Source: an uncultured archaeon | GTDB taxonomy: Archaea > Asgardarchaeota > Lokiarchaeia > Sigyniarchaeales > SOKP01 | Direction: 5' to 3' | DNA length: 64,000 bases | Assembly (NCBI GenBank): GCA_964486045.1 | Contig: CAZALK010000001.1 | Span: forward strand, 552,242 to 616,241 | Part shown: positions 29,256-39,672 of the stretch, in pieces | How the letters are laid out: each line of letters begins with the position of its first letter | Position numbering within the stretch: the stretch's first letter is position 1 | Program-made: the position numbers and the translations under genes | Notes under the pieces: model-generated | Seen by the model: the letters and a program-made list of their open reading frames with translations, nothing else | Told to the model about the DNA's origin: nothing | Database searches by the model: none

Positions 29256-31073
29256 TTAAATCCAAAAGAGTAATCCACCAAAATTTATTAATGATAGTAT
29301 AAAATTCCCCGCAACAATAAATAATGTGATTAGTCGTATTGAATTCAAAATATCCCTTTTTATCTTTCTCTTTTCATCATAATAATGATCGTAAGATATT
29401 TCGATTCTGCAACCTTCAGGTAATTTTTTCTGTTCAGGGAGATTTAACGAAACAGTATCTTTAAAACCGTCTCCGATTTTATCAATCAATTTATAATTTT
29501 CTTCTGCAAGTATAATTCTGCTCGAATTTGTAAATTTTGATTGATCATCCATGATAATTTCTATAGAATTTATTTTATCGACACGATATTCTGATAATTC
29601 GTAGTCTCTTTCATCATTTTTGAAAAAGTATTTATCTTTCTTATTCTTGAGAGACTTGTAATCCTCTCCTATACCCCAATTTATTAATTCTTTTACGAGC
29701 CTATCACCATCAAATACAGGCAAAGGTAACATATTGAATAAAGTAATGCTAAATGCGATAACAAAAAGCCATAATATTTCTCTAAATAATATTACTGGCC
29801 AAGTGCTTGTAAAGAATTTTGCTACATCATTTTTATGCATAAAATAATAATTGGGTCCAATTCCAACAAATACTCCTGTTATATTAACATTGAGTGTATA
29901 ATTTTCTGTGTCGGTACTCAGAGTTAAATTTTTTAAATCAAATAAAGTCAGTGCCTTTCCTAATGTGGTCCCATTATTTCGACTGATCGGAACGCCATTA
30001 ATTTTATTAATTATTAAATCTACTGTTAAACTGGTATTGAAATTATTTCCTCCCTCACTTTCACTGAAAATTTTTGTTATTTGTATTTCTGTATCAGAAA
30101 TATTAGTATATAAAATGCCGATATAGTATCGTGGTCCTAGAATAATATTTTTTTCAAGAATCACATCAGAAGAAGGACTATATATTTTAAAGGTTAGATT
30201 ATCTCCAATAGAGCATTTTAAGCTTGTCTTGTTATTTAAAATATTGGTAAAAGTTCTTCCCTCGTAGTTATCAAGGGAGATATAATCTTCATCTAAAGCT
30301 CCTTGTTTTTTAATTGCTAATATAACATCACCTGTAGAGAGGTTTCCTTCATTGAATCCTCCTTGAGCTTCTGTAAGTACTGAATTTACTTGAGTAACCT
30401 GACGATACCACGGAGCTATAATTAAGGGAAATGTTAAAATTAAGATAAATGCTATCCCTGCTGTAATTCCATTAACAAAAGTACCTGCAGCTGCGATTCT
30501 TAATCGTGTATTTCTTTGAAATTTATTTGAGTTTAATTCCCTTTCATCTACTTCAACAAATGCACCTAATCCAATAATGAAAAATACGCCTGCTCCAAGA
30601 ATTCCGGTAGATTTAACATCCACATCCTCGGCACCTGCGGCTATTCCATGTGCAAATTCATGAGTAGTTACAATAAATAAAAGGGGAAGAATTAAGTAAA
30701 AAAATAATGGGAGATCAATCGTAACTCCAGGAATAAGAGGAACTAGTGCTTGTTCGGGTCTTGGATCTATAATTAGGTTAACAAAGTTTGTAAAAAAGAA
30801 ATAAAACGCGTAAATTGTAAATGCAAATGAAATAAAGATCCCAATAGTCCAGAAAATCTTCCAAGCTTTTGGTGCTTTCTTGGAAATCCTTCTAAGAAAT
30901 TTGTTTAGTCTTTTTGTTTTGAACATTGCTAATAAAGGGAAAAAGAGATAAGCAGCACCTTTCTTCTTTCTTAATAAATACGCAAAAACTAAAACAATTA
31001 ACCAAAATAATAAAGATAAAATAAACCAGGGATTAAGAAAAAAATCTAAAATTGGATTATTAAACAAAGGCAT
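29256..31073 (-). CDS. site-2 protease (M50 family) with PDZ-like inserts
   Basis: HEFAH, GAFVE, AAGTFVN, NMLPLPVFDG. Confidence 0.92.
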   Translation of the reverse strand: MPLFNNPILDFFLNPWFILSLLFWLIVLVFAYLLRKKKGAAYLFFPLLAMFKTKRLNKFLRRISKKAPKAWKIFWTIGIFISFAFTIYAFYFFFTNFVNLIIDPRPEQALVPLIPGVTIDLPLFFYLILPLLFIVTTHEFAHGIAAGAEDVDVKSTGILGAGVFFIIGLGAFVEVDERELNSNKFQRNTRLRIAAAGTFVNGITAGIAFILILTFPLIIAPWYRQVTQVNSVLTEAQGGFNEGNLSTGDVILAIKKQGALDEDYISLDNYEGRTFTNILNNKTSLKCSIGDNLTFKIYSPSSDVILEKNIILGPRYYIGILYTNISDTEIQITKIFSESEGGNNFNTSLTVDLIINKINGVPISRNNGTTLGKALTLFDLKNLTLSTDTENYTLNVNITGVFVGIGPNYYFMHKNDVAKFFTSTWPVILFREILWLFVIAFSITLFNMLPLPVFDGDRLVKELINWGIGEDYKSLKNKKDKYFFKNDERDYELSEYRVDKINSIEIIMDDQSKFTNSSRIILAEENYKLIDKIGDGFKDTVSLNLPEQKKLPEGCRIEISYDHYYDEKRKIKRDILNSIRLITLFIVAGNFILSLINFGGLLFWI

Positions 31074-31360
31074 ATATTTCTGATGATATTTGCTTATTTT
31101 TTATTAGGTAAGTTAATTATAAAGTTAAACTTTTTCTATAAAAAATTCATATGTTTACCAGCACACTCATGACTATATAAGTATGAAAATTTTTAGTTTT
31201 TATGTTGTAGTGTCATTTAGATTTGAAAATTTTCTTCTTTATTTCAATTAACGTTTAAAATTAAGTATAAGTAAAAAGTAAAACATTTTATTTTAGGATT
31301 TATATTCATTATATATAATAAGTATGTATCAGTACAAAATGGTCCCATAAATTTATTCAA

Positions 31361-31485
31361 AGCGGGGTGGGCTAGCCTGGTTTATGCCGCAGGGCTCATA
31401 CCTTGATGAAGTGCGGAAAAACAAAAAATACCGTTCTTTAGAATGAGAAACCCTGAGATCGTTCGTTCAAATCGAACCCCCGCTA
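31361..31485 (+). tRNA. initiator tRNA-Met(CAU) with 49-nt intron at 37/38 (31401-31449)
   Basis: A1:U72 acceptor AGCGGGG/CCCCGCU, GGG/CCC anticodon stem, CU-CAU-A, central helix CUCA/UGAG. Confidence 0.92.
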
Positions 31486-31638
31486 CTAATAATTACTAAT
31501 AATATCCCTTGTCATTTTTTTCTCATTGATGTGATGAGGAATAATAAAAAAGAGGACTTTCATATTATACCCTTAATAAGTATTTCTAAATTATACGAAA
31601 TTTAATTTTTAACTATTAGCATTAGTAAGTGAATTAAA

Positions 31639-32178
31639 ATGAGTGGGAGTAGTAGTTATAAAAGAAATCCTGCAATTCATTGTTGGATAAGACATATCGT
31701 AGAGAGTGAATTTGAAGAAGGAGAGAATTCTTTTGATACAATCTTTGGAAAAGTTAAAAGGATTCGCATTATTGGGACAATAATTAGGAAAAATGAAGAA
31801 CTTAAAGAAGTTGATGAGTATAATTTTGGACTAGAAGATGCTGCAGAAGAAAGTACACAATTAATATTTGAAATAGACGATAGTACAAGTTTGATTAGAG
31901 CAATATTAGATAGTGTTAATCCTGAAAAATTTAGGAACTTTAATGTAGGTCATATTGTTGATATTGTTGGTCGTCCTAGGATAAGAGAAGGAATTTTGTC
32001 CCTTTGGATAGAAATTATTAGAAAAGTGGAAGAACCTAACTTTATTTTATTGAGAGATGCAGAAATAATTAGGAGAATTAAATCAGGAGATAATCAAAAA
32101 ATTCCGGTTATTTCTGATAGTAAAAGTGAAGATTTATCAAAAGAAATAGATATAAATAATTTATTCGAAGAGGATTGA
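31639..32178 (+). CDS. RPA32-like OB-fold ssDNA-binding protein
   Basis: RNPA..C.I, V.RIRIIGTI, IDDSTSLIRA, VDIVGR, E.IRKV..PNF.LLR..EI. Confidence 0.75.
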   Translation: MSGSSSYKRNPAIHCWIRHIVESEFEEGENSFDTIFGKVKRIRIIGTIIRKNEELKEVDEYNFGLEDAAEESTQLIFEIDDSTSLIRAILDSVNPEKFRNFNVGHIVDIVGRPRIREGILSLWIEIIRKVEEPNFILLRDAEIIRRIKSGDNQKIPVISDSKSEDLSKEIDINNLFEED

Positions 32179-32201
32179 TCCTATTAGAAACTTAAGAATT
32201 A

Positions 32202-32262
32202 GGAGAAAATTATGAGGGGTTAGTTTAACTCTCTAAAGATCCTAAAAAACAACTGAGTCTCC
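32202..32262 (+). ncRNA. candidate C/D box sRNA
   Basis: Terminal stem GGAGA/UCUCC, box C-like AUUAUGA (32209-32215), box D CUGA (32253-32256). Confidence 0.3.
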
Positions 32263-32370
32263 CCGATGGAAGATTAATTATGTATTAAAATTTCTTACTT
32301 TTATTTTGAATAAAGGTAAAATATTTTTCTTATGAAGAATTAATTAATTTTAAAAAAGAAAATAGATGAA

Positions 32371-32790
32371 ATGATTATGGATTTAAATAGTTATGAGGAA
32401 TTGCTAGATAAAGCATATGAAAAGGTTCCAGAAAATGTAAAGAAATCATCAAGGTTCGAAATTCCTAAAGTAAATCTAAGAATTGAAAGCCGAAATACAT
32501 TCATCACGAATTTTAATAAAATAATTAACACTCTTAATAGGGATAGAAGACATTTTTTAGGTGTCTTTTTAAAAAAAGCGGGTACAATGGGGGAAATTAG
32601 GGGCCAGCAGTTATTTTTGAAAGGTCAATATAAGGATCAAGTATTAAATCGATTAATTGAGAATTATACAAAAACTTACGTGCTCTGTAATATTTGCAAC
32701 AAACCAGATACGCAAATTCAAAGAGAAGGAAAGCGCTATTATTTGAAATGCACCGCTTGTGGTGCTAGAGAAGAAATTAAAGAAAAATAA
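32371..32790 (+). CDS. eif2b: translation initiation factor aIF2 beta subunit
   Basis: YEELLDKAY, RFEIP, T.ITNF, LNRD, CNICNKPDT, CTACGA. Confidence 0.95.
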   Translation: MIMDLNSYEELLDKAYEKVPENVKKSSRFEIPKVNLRIESRNTFITNFNKIINTLNRDRRHFLGVFLKKAGTMGEIRGQQLFLKGQYKDQVLNRLIENYTKTYVLCNICNKPDTQIQREGKRYYLKCTACGAREEIKEK

Positions 32791-32794
32791 AATA

Positions 32795-33109
32795 ATGGGA
32801 ATAAAATATTCAATGAATGTATATCTCAAAATTCACTATAGGGATGACGATGAAACTATAGCTTGTTGTGATGAAGAACTCCTCAATCAAGTAGTAAGAG
32901 AAGGTAATCTAAAAATTGAAATATCGAATCAGTTTTTTGGAGGAAAATTGTTAACTTTAGATGAAGCAATTGAGGTTTTAAAGAAGGCTTCTTTTTTCAA
33001 TATAGTGGGAGAAAATATAATTGAAAAAGCTATCGATTGCAATTTATTACTTAGAGATGGTATTAAGCTAATAAATGGAGTCCCAATGGCAATAAAGATG
33101 ATGATTTAA
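32795..33109 (+). CDS. DUF424 family protein
   Basis: IACCDEELL, FFGG, NIVGE, INGVP; ATG at 32795 or 32813. Confidence 0.88.
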   Translation: MGIKYSMNVYLKIHYRDDDETIACCDEELLNQVVREGNLKIEISNQFFGGKLLTLDEAIEVLKKASFFNIVGENIIEKAIDCNLLLRDGIKLINGVPMAIKMMI

Positions 33110-34020
33110 TGCCTAATCGATTCTGTGCGATATGCGGAAAAAAATTAGATAAAGATTCTCCTCATATTGGGATGTGCATTAATTGTTATTCAGAGGAACA
33201 TCCTTTATTCGATTTACCTAAAAAATTCACAATAAATGTTTGTATGGATTGTGGAAATTATTCTAAAAAGGATGTTTGGTTTGAACCTTCTGAGGATGAC
33301 TTATTTTCGATTCTAAGTGAAACAGTCCAAAAATTCTTGTTAAAATCGCTCATAAAAAATAACCAAATTAATCTCTCATTATCAATTAATGAGAATTCTT
33401 TAGTGTATTCTTCAAAGGATTTATTGAAATCTGTAGAAGTACTTATTAGTGGGGCTTTGAAGGGAAATTCAAATGTAAAGCACCAAATGGTAGTTCAACT
33501 AATTTTGAATCATTCTCTATGTAGGAATTGCTCTAACATACGGGGAGGCACTTACTTTGTATCAATTCTACAATTACGATTAAAGGATGAGAATCAATAT
33601 GAATTCATCCAAAAAATCTTAGAGGAGATAAATAAGTTTACTGCAAATCTTTCTACTAAGGACCATCGGCAATACATTTCAATGGTAGAGGATCAGAAAC
33701 ACGGAGTAGATTTATATCTTAGTACAAATGAAATAATGAATCATATTATAAAATTTCTAAGATCCCGTTATAACTTTTTATTAAAAAGAACAAAGAAATT
33801 AGTAGGAAGGGATAATCAGAGAGGTAAAAATCTTTACAGGTTAAAAGCTTCAATAAAATTTTTACCAGTAGGCTTAAATGATAGGGTTTTGATAAACGAT
33901 GAAGATTATATTATAGAAAGTATTACAAGAAGCAAAATAATTCTAAGAAGTAAAACCAATTCTAAATTGATAAAAAATTATTCATATTTTTTTAATGATA
34001 ATTTATATCAGAAGAAATAG
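33109..34020 (+). CDS. nmd3: NMD3 family ribosome biogenesis protein
   Basis: Four CxxC pairs, GGTYFVSILQLR, GVDLYLS, KLVGRD...G..LYR. Confidence 0.9.
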   Translation: MPNRFCAICGKKLDKDSPHIGMCINCYSEEHPLFDLPKKFTINVCMDCGNYSKKDVWFEPSEDDLFSILSETVQKFLLKSLIKNNQINLSLSINENSLVYSSKDLLKSVEVLISGALKGNSNVKHQMVVQLILNHSLCRNCSNIRGGTYFVSILQLRLKDENQYEFIQKILEEINKFTANLSTKDHRQYISMVEDQKHGVDLYLSTNEIMNHIIKFLRSRYNFLLKRTKKLVGRDNQRGKNLYRLKASIKFLPVGLNDRVLINDEDYIIESITRSKIILRSKTNSKLIKNYSYFFNDNLYQKK

Positions 34021-34033
34021 AGGAAAATATTAA

Positions 34034-34870
34034 ATGGGAGAATTTGATGAAGATTTTGATGATTTCAACGATGAAGAATCAGCAAAAAAGTTCAATTCTA
34101 GCATTGATCAATTAGAAAAAAAGGGAATTGATTTTAAAAGAATAAAAAAGATTGATCAATCAAAGAAAAGAGCTGTAATTGAGTCAGTATTTGATGAACG
34201 CACAATTTTTAGTCTAAATAAGTTACTAGTAAACGGTCCATTAGAACGCGTAGAAGGTGTAATTTCGGCAGGCAAAGAAGCTAATGTGTATTTAGGTTAC
34301 GATGGTAACGGGAAAGAGGTTGCAATTAAGATTTATAAAATTGATAGTAATACTTCCAGATGGATGAGAAACTATATTGTTGGGGATCCAAGATTTAAGA
34401 AACTTCCTCACAATATTTCAAAAATCATCTTCCTGTGGGCAGGCAAAGAATTTAAAAACTTGAAAAGAGCGTTTAAAGTTGGTTTGAGCGTTCCTAAGCC
34501 AATTTATATTAGAGATAATATTTTAATAATGGAATATATTGGTTTTGAATCGATTCCCGCCCCATTATTAAAAGATATTAGAAAACCCAAAGAACCTCTT
34601 AACTTGTTTTCTGAGATTTTAAATTTCATGAAGCAATTATATAACAAAGCAAAATTAGTCCATGGAGATCTTAGTGAGTTTAATATTTTATATCACAATC
34701 AAAAACCTGTTATTATTGACATATCTCAAGCAGTTTCTACTCAACACCCTAAAGCGGAGGTTTATTTAGCAAGAGACATCAAAAACATTTTTAATTTTTT
34801 TGCTAAGTTAGGAATAAAAACATCAAACCCAGAAGATTTCTATTATGATGTTATCAAAGTAGATATTTAA
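34034..34870 (+). CDS. rio1: RIO1 serine protein kinase/ATPase
   Basis: ISAGKEANVY, AIKIYK, YIVGDPRF, LVHGDLSEFNIL, IDISQAV. Confidence 0.95.
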   Translation: MGEFDEDFDDFNDEESAKKFNSSIDQLEKKGIDFKRIKKIDQSKKRAVIESVFDERTIFSLNKLLVNGPLERVEGVISAGKEANVYLGYDGNGKEVAIKIYKIDSNTSRWMRNYIVGDPRFKKLPHNISKIIFLWAGKEFKNLKRAFKVGLSVPKPIYIRDNILIMEYIGFESIPAPLLKDIRKPKEPLNLFSEILNFMKQLYNKAKLVHGDLSEFNILYHNQKPVIIDISQAVSTQHPKAEVYLARDIKNIFNFFAKLGIKTSNPEDFYYDVIKVDI

Positions 34871-34915
34871 AAATCTTAAATCTTTCTATAAGATATTAAA
34901 ATTTAAAACCTAGGC

Positions 34916-35473
34916 ATGAAAATCGGTAAAAATAGGATAGCAGTTCTAATCGGAATAGATGGAAAAATAAAGAAAGAGATCGAAAAAGCCCTAGGTGTAA
35001 AACTTGATATAGATAGCAAGACCGGTGACTGCGAAGTTTTCCCTATAATAGATGATCCGAATTATGTTCCACTTAATGTTTACACAGCTCAAAAAGTCGT
35101 CAACGCGATTAATAGGGGTTTTAACCCTTCTAAAGCTATGAAATTAATGAAAGAAAATTATGATCTTGAAGTTTTTAACCTACTTTCAATATTGGGAAAA
35201 TCAGAAAAACACGTGAAACGAGTAAAAGGACGAATCATTGGAAGGAACGGAGAAATGAGAAGAGCTATTGAAAGGTTTGGCGAGAGTTTTGTATCTGTTT
35301 ACGGTAAAACTGTTTCTATAATTGCGCTATATGAAGATTTGCAAATTGCACGGAAGGCAATTAATATGTTAATAAAAGGATTACCCCATAATATGGTTAT
35401 AAAATATTTAGAAAGAAAATATAATGATAAAAAGAAAGAACAATTCAAACAAATGTACAAACCAGAATTCTAA
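34916..35473 (+). CDS. KH-domain pre-rRNA processing protein Dim2/Pno1
   Basis: RIAVLIG..G, AINRGF, KGRIIGRNG, VYGKTVSII; follows RIO1. Confidence 0.92.
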   Translation: MKIGKNRIAVLIGIDGKIKKEIEKALGVKLDIDSKTGDCEVFPIIDDPNYVPLNVYTAQKVVNAINRGFNPSKAMKLMKENYDLEVFNLLSILGKSEKHVKRVKGRIIGRNGEMRRAIERFGESFVSVYGKTVSIIALYEDLQIARKAINMLIKGLPHNMVIKYLERKYNDKKKEQFKQMYKPEF

Positions 35474-35478
35474 AATTA

Positions 35479-35844
35479 TTATGGAAATGTATCATTATAC
35501 ATTTTCAAAACTTGATTTCCTAAATCCTTACCATTTATAATTTCTCTCAATTCGATTAAAAGAGCTTTTTGACTTTCAATTTTCTCTACGGAATATAGCT
35601 CCTTAAATTTCTCCGTTTTGAAATTTTGAAGGTGCACTTCGAAGCTTTTGATTGAATATAAATTATCTTCATAAGATTTAAAAATAACAATACAACGCGG
35701 ATAAAGGTTCTTCTCTCGGAGGAAAATAGCCCATCCATCATAATAAAATTCAGAGTTAAAATAAAAAATATCTTTCCAAAACTGTAATTGTGTTAAAATT
35801 TCTTCGAACTCACTTTGTATTTCTTGAGAGAATTTGTTATTCAT
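35479..35844 (-). CDS. hypothetical protein downstream of ftsZ
   Basis: Clean ORF co-oriented with ftsZ. Confidence 0.7.
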   Translation of the reverse strand: MNNKFSQEIQSEFEEILTQLQFWKDIFYFNSEFYYDGWAIFLREKNLYPRCIVIFKSYEDNLYSIKSFEVHLQNFKTEKFKELYSVEKIESQKALLIELREIINGKDLGNQVLKMYNDTFP

Positions 35845-35885
35845 ACCATTAATTTAAATAGAGGTATAAAAAGAGATATTAAAAA

Positions 35886-36992
35886 TTAATCGAACGAAAT
35901 TTCGCTAATGTTAAAAATTTCATCTGATAATCTTATTTTTGACGGTTTAATATTTGTTTGGTGAACTGATTTATCCATTGAATATCCACTACCAAAAATT
36001 TGAGGAGATTTAATCCCTGTTATCAAGAGCATAACTCTAATGAATCCATCAAATTCATCCGAAACTCTAGCTCCCCATATCACCATAGAATCATTCACAG
36101 CCATTTTTTCAGAGATTTTTTTAGCAACGGAATTTGCTTCTGCAAGTGTCATATCATTTCCTCCACAAATATGAATCAAAGCTCCTTTTGCTCCATCAAT
36201 ACTTACATCTAATAATGGAGTATTCAATGCGTCATTAATTGCATCATCAACTCTATTTTCTTTTTGGTTGGATTCCCCAACACCTACAATCGCAACCCCA
36301 CCTGTGCTTAATATAGTTCTGACATCTGCGAAATCTAAATTGATCAAAGAAGGTAGTGAGATTGTTTCTGTTATACCTTTAACCATTGTCGCTAATACTT
36401 CATCAGCAACGCTAAATGCTTCAATTATTGGTAAATTGGGGGCAATTTCTAATAATCTATTATTATCAATTACCACTAATGTATCAACATATCGTTTTAA
36501 TAGATTTAAACCTGCTTTTGCTTTATCAATACGACCTATTTCTGTATCAAATGGTAATGTAACTACGCCTACGACTATTGCTCCTTCTAGTTTTGCTATT
36601 TCTGCCACAATTGGGGCGCTTCCCGTACCCGTGCCCCCCCCTTCACCACAAGTTATGAAAACTAAATTAGATTCCCTTAAAACTTTGGTTAAATCTTCTC
36701 GAGATTCTTCCGCTGCGGCTCTTCCAACTTCAGGATTTCCCCCAGCACCTAATCCTTTTGTGAGATTTTTACCAATTAAGATTTTAACATGTGATTCGAT
36801 ATTATCTAAATGTTGGCAATCAGTGTTAACACCCACGCATGTTGCACCTCTAATTCCTATTTTCATTAATCTATCAATTGTATTATTTCCAGCACCACCG
36901 CAGCCTATGATTTTTATATTAGCATAGCCAAAATTTGCTACCTCTGGTCTGATTACATCTCTTTTGCGTGCCTTTTTAATAAAAGTTTCCAT
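35886..36992 (-). CDS. ftsZ: cell division protein FtsZ
   Basis: GCGGAGNN, GAGGNPEVG, GGGTGTG, INLDFAD, VIWGA. Confidence 0.97.
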   Translation of the reverse strand: METFIKKARKRDVIRPEVANFGYANIKIIGCGGAGNNTIDRLMKIGIRGATCVGVNTDCQHLDNIESHVKILIGKNLTKGLGAGGNPEVGRAAAEESREDLTKVLRESNLVFITCGEGGGTGTGSAPIVAEIAKLEGAIVVGVVTLPFDTEIGRIDKAKAGLNLLKRYVDTLVVIDNNRLLEIAPNLPIIEAFSVADEVLATMVKGITETISLPSLINLDFADVRTILSTGGVAIVGVGESNQKENRVDDAINDALNTPLLDVSIDGAKGALIHICGGNDMTLAEANSVAKKISEKMAVNDSMVIWGARVSDEFDGFIRVMLLITGIKSPQIFGSGYSMDKSVHQTNIKPSKIRLSDEIFNISEISFD

Positions 36993-37092
36993 AATTACTC
37001 CTTTCAGTCATTTTTACTACAAAAAAATATGAATAAAAAAATTAGAATTAATGTGTTATTGGGATAATACTTGTTTAAAATCTTGCTTCAAC

Positions 37093-38322
37093 TTATGTTA
37101 AGAAAAAATCCTTATCAATAATTGGATCAAAAATGGGTGTCCAGTTTTCATCCTTCACAAGAAATATTTTTGGTAAAGGATAAGGGAACCGATTTGAAAA
37201 AGTTAAACAATAAGCACCTGTGTTGGTTACGAGCACAATATCTTGTTCTTTTAAATTTTTTGTAAAAAAATAATTCTTTGATAATACATCTTGGTCTGTA
37301 GGAACAATCCCTGCAAAAGAAGTTTTATATTTATGAGGTTCATTAATCTGAGAAGCGTTATAAAAGCGTAAAGAGCATCTTGCAAATTTTGGACAGATAT
37401 GATTACCTATATTTAAAAATATCCACCGATCTTCATCTACTTTGATAATTTTAGTTATAAACATTCCAGAATCTCCTACGAAATATCTTCCAGGTTCAAA
37501 TGAGATACTGTCATGACTAATACCAGATTTATCTAAAATATCTTTCAAATTCTGAGCAATCTCCTTTAATTTTACACGGGGCATTACAGTAGCTTCTGGA
37601 AATCCTCCACCTAGATTTATATTCTTAATACTGATATCTTGCTTTAATAACAAATTCAGACTACTTACCAAAGATCTTATATTTTTTTCAAATTGATCAA
37701 TATTGTTCATTTGAGTCCCGAAATGAGATAAAACTGACGTTATTTTGATATTGTCATTGCTTTCTATTGATCTCTTGAGACGCTCAATATTATTGACACT
37801 TAATCTGATGCCTAAGTTACTATTATATTTTTGGGAATTAACTCTAATACATATGTTTTGAACCATATTACCTTCCTGAGCGATTGAATTTATTTTCTTT
37901 AAGTCATTTAGATTATATACTATAATCTCTTTAACATGATTTTTAATACTTTTTCTTATTAGCTCCCCTGGTAAATAAGGACCACCTACGATTATTTTTT
38001 CAGGTGAAAAACCAACATTTAATGCTAAATTAAGTTCGGGTAAACTTACGAGTGTAGCGCCAACACCTTCAGAATTTATAATTTTGCATATATCAAGAAG
38101 ATAATTAGCTTTTAATGAGTAATAACATTGGAAATTATCAAAAATATCGTTAAATATACCATTAAAAGATTTTATATTGTCCCGAATTCGATTTTCTAAG
38201 AAAATCATTAATGGAGTTTTGAATCTTTCTATTAAATCAGCCAAAGGTAGCGAATCTATAACAACTTTTCCATCTTTCCGATTGATATATGGATTTCCAG
38301 AGATTTTATTCATATATTTCAC
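37093..38322 (-). CDS. group IV PLP-dependent decarboxylase (diaminopimelate decarboxylase-like)
   Basis: YSLKAN, NLGGGFP, FEPGRY, TGAY; catalytic Cys missing. Confidence 0.8.
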   Translation of the reverse strand: MKYMNKISGNPYINRKDGKVVIDSLPLADLIERFKTPLMIFLENRIRDNIKSFNGIFNDIFDNFQCYYSLKANYLLDICKIINSEGVGATLVSLPELNLALNVGFSPEKIIVGGPYLPGELIRKSIKNHVKEIIVYNLNDLKKINSIAQEGNMVQNICIRVNSQKYNSNLGIRLSVNNIERLKRSIESNDNIKITSVLSHFGTQMNNIDQFEKNIRSLVSSLNLLLKQDISIKNINLGGGFPEATVMPRVKLKEIAQNLKDILDKSGISHDSISFEPGRYFVGDSGMFITKIIKVDEDRWIFLNIGNHICPKFARCSLRFYNASQINEPHKYKTSFAGIVPTDQDVLSKNYFFTKNLKEQDIVLVTNTGAYCLTFSNRFPYPLPKIFLVKDENWTPIFDPIIDKDFFLT

Positions 38323-39620
38323 TTTTCAGTTTTTATTAATTTTTGATACATTTGATGTGTGTGTCTTGCGACTATTTCCCAAGTGTAATTTTGAGATACC
38401 CTTAATTGACCAGCTAAACCAAGCTTTTTTCTTAATTTCTTGTTTTTTAGTAATTTTATAACTTTTTGAGCAGTATCCAGAGGATCATCAAACTCAACCA
38501 ATAGCCCATCAGTATTTTCCTTTATCACTTCGGGAGTAGCACCGATATTTGAGCCTACAACAGGTATTCCTGCAGCCCATGCTTCTAAAAACGCTATTCC
38601 AAAAGCATCACTCCTGCTGGGCATTAAAAATAAATCAGCTTCTTTGAAAGCTGTTAATTTTTTTTTATCATAATATCCAGTTAAATTATCAGGTGAAAAG
38701 TTAATAATTCTAGAATTTTTGAGCTTCTGTATTTTTGATAATTCTTGGTTGAAAGCTATCGTGGAAGGTCCGATAAAAACGAAATAGACTTTTTTAATTT
38801 TTTCAAGAATGAATGGAATTGACCTTAAAATAGTCAAAGCTCCTTTTTCAAAATTCTTACTTCCACAATATAATACTAATTTGTAATTTTTCTCTTTTTT
38901 TTTGAAAAATTTTTGTTTAAAGTAATAATTCATTAATTTAGTGTTATGTACATTTTCGAATATTTTATAATCTACTCCCATTGAAATAACTTTTATTTTT
39001 TCATCTCGGATCTTAAATTTTTTTACAAGAACATCTTTTTCAAGATTAGTACATGCGATTATCATATCGAACCTCTTTAAAATCTCAATTAGATCCGAGT
39101 TTAAATACCGGGGATTAGAAAAATGGAAAAACGGAGTACAGATAACAGGTATATTGATATATTTTCCAAGAATCAAACTTATAATCAGGTTAAAGTAAGG
39201 GAAAAACGTTGTATGGATTAAGTCGTAGTTTAATTTTTCTTGTTTTAAGAAATATTCTATTAAATCTCCCGTGAAGGGGCCGTTTTTAATGAAATTTTTT
39301 AATAAATTGTTGGAGAGATCGAGAGAATTAAATGATGAAATTCTTTTTAGCCTTTCAAGAATTTTTTCCTCGGTGATATTATATTCTATGGAAAATCTAT
39401 TTATTTTCAATGAATTTACTTCATTATAAAACTTATTATTCTCTCCTATTGTTTTTCCTTTGGGATCTCTTAAGGCTTTAAAATCAATAGCGTTAGATGT
39501 AAATATATCTATTTCATAGTTAAATTTATTAGTTAAGATCTCTGCCATTCTTTGAAAATAAAGTTCCGCGCCAGAAATGGAAGGAAAATATCGAGTTGGT
39601 AGATATAAGATATTATTCAA
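38319..39620 (-). CDS. glycosyltransferase family 4
   Basis: P..SGAE, KG, PSRSDAFGIAFLEAWAAG.PVV. Confidence 0.92.
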   Translation of the reverse strand: MNNILYLPTRYFPSISGAELYFQRMAEILTNKFNYEIDIFTSNAIDFKALRDPKGKTIGENNKFYNEVNSLKINRFSIEYNITEEKILERLKRISSFNSLDLSNNLLKNFIKNGPFTGDLIEYFLKQEKLNYDLIHTTFFPYFNLIISLILGKYINIPVICTPFFHFSNPRYLNSDLIEILKRFDMIIACTNLEKDVLVKKFKIRDEKIKVISMGVDYKIFENVHNTKLMNYYFKQKFFKKKEKNYKLVLYCGSKNFEKGALTILRSIPFILEKIKKVYFVFIGPSTIAFNQELSKIQKLKNSRIINFSPDNLTGYYDKKKLTAFKEADLFLMPSRSDAFGIAFLEAWAAGIPVVGSNIGATPEVIKENTDGLLVEFDDPLDTAQKVIKLLKNKKLRKKLGLAGQLRVSQNYTWEIVARHTHQMYQKLIKTEK

Positions 39621-39672
39621 TATTTTAAGGATCTTTTTTTATCTTTAAATAATAATAATATATTGGATACAG

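Noticed and set aside
36268-36927. 219-aa plus-strand ORF and similar antisense ORFs (e.g. 9001-9468, 27694-28092, 54651-54938)
   Set aside because: Shadow frames opposite well-supported genes.
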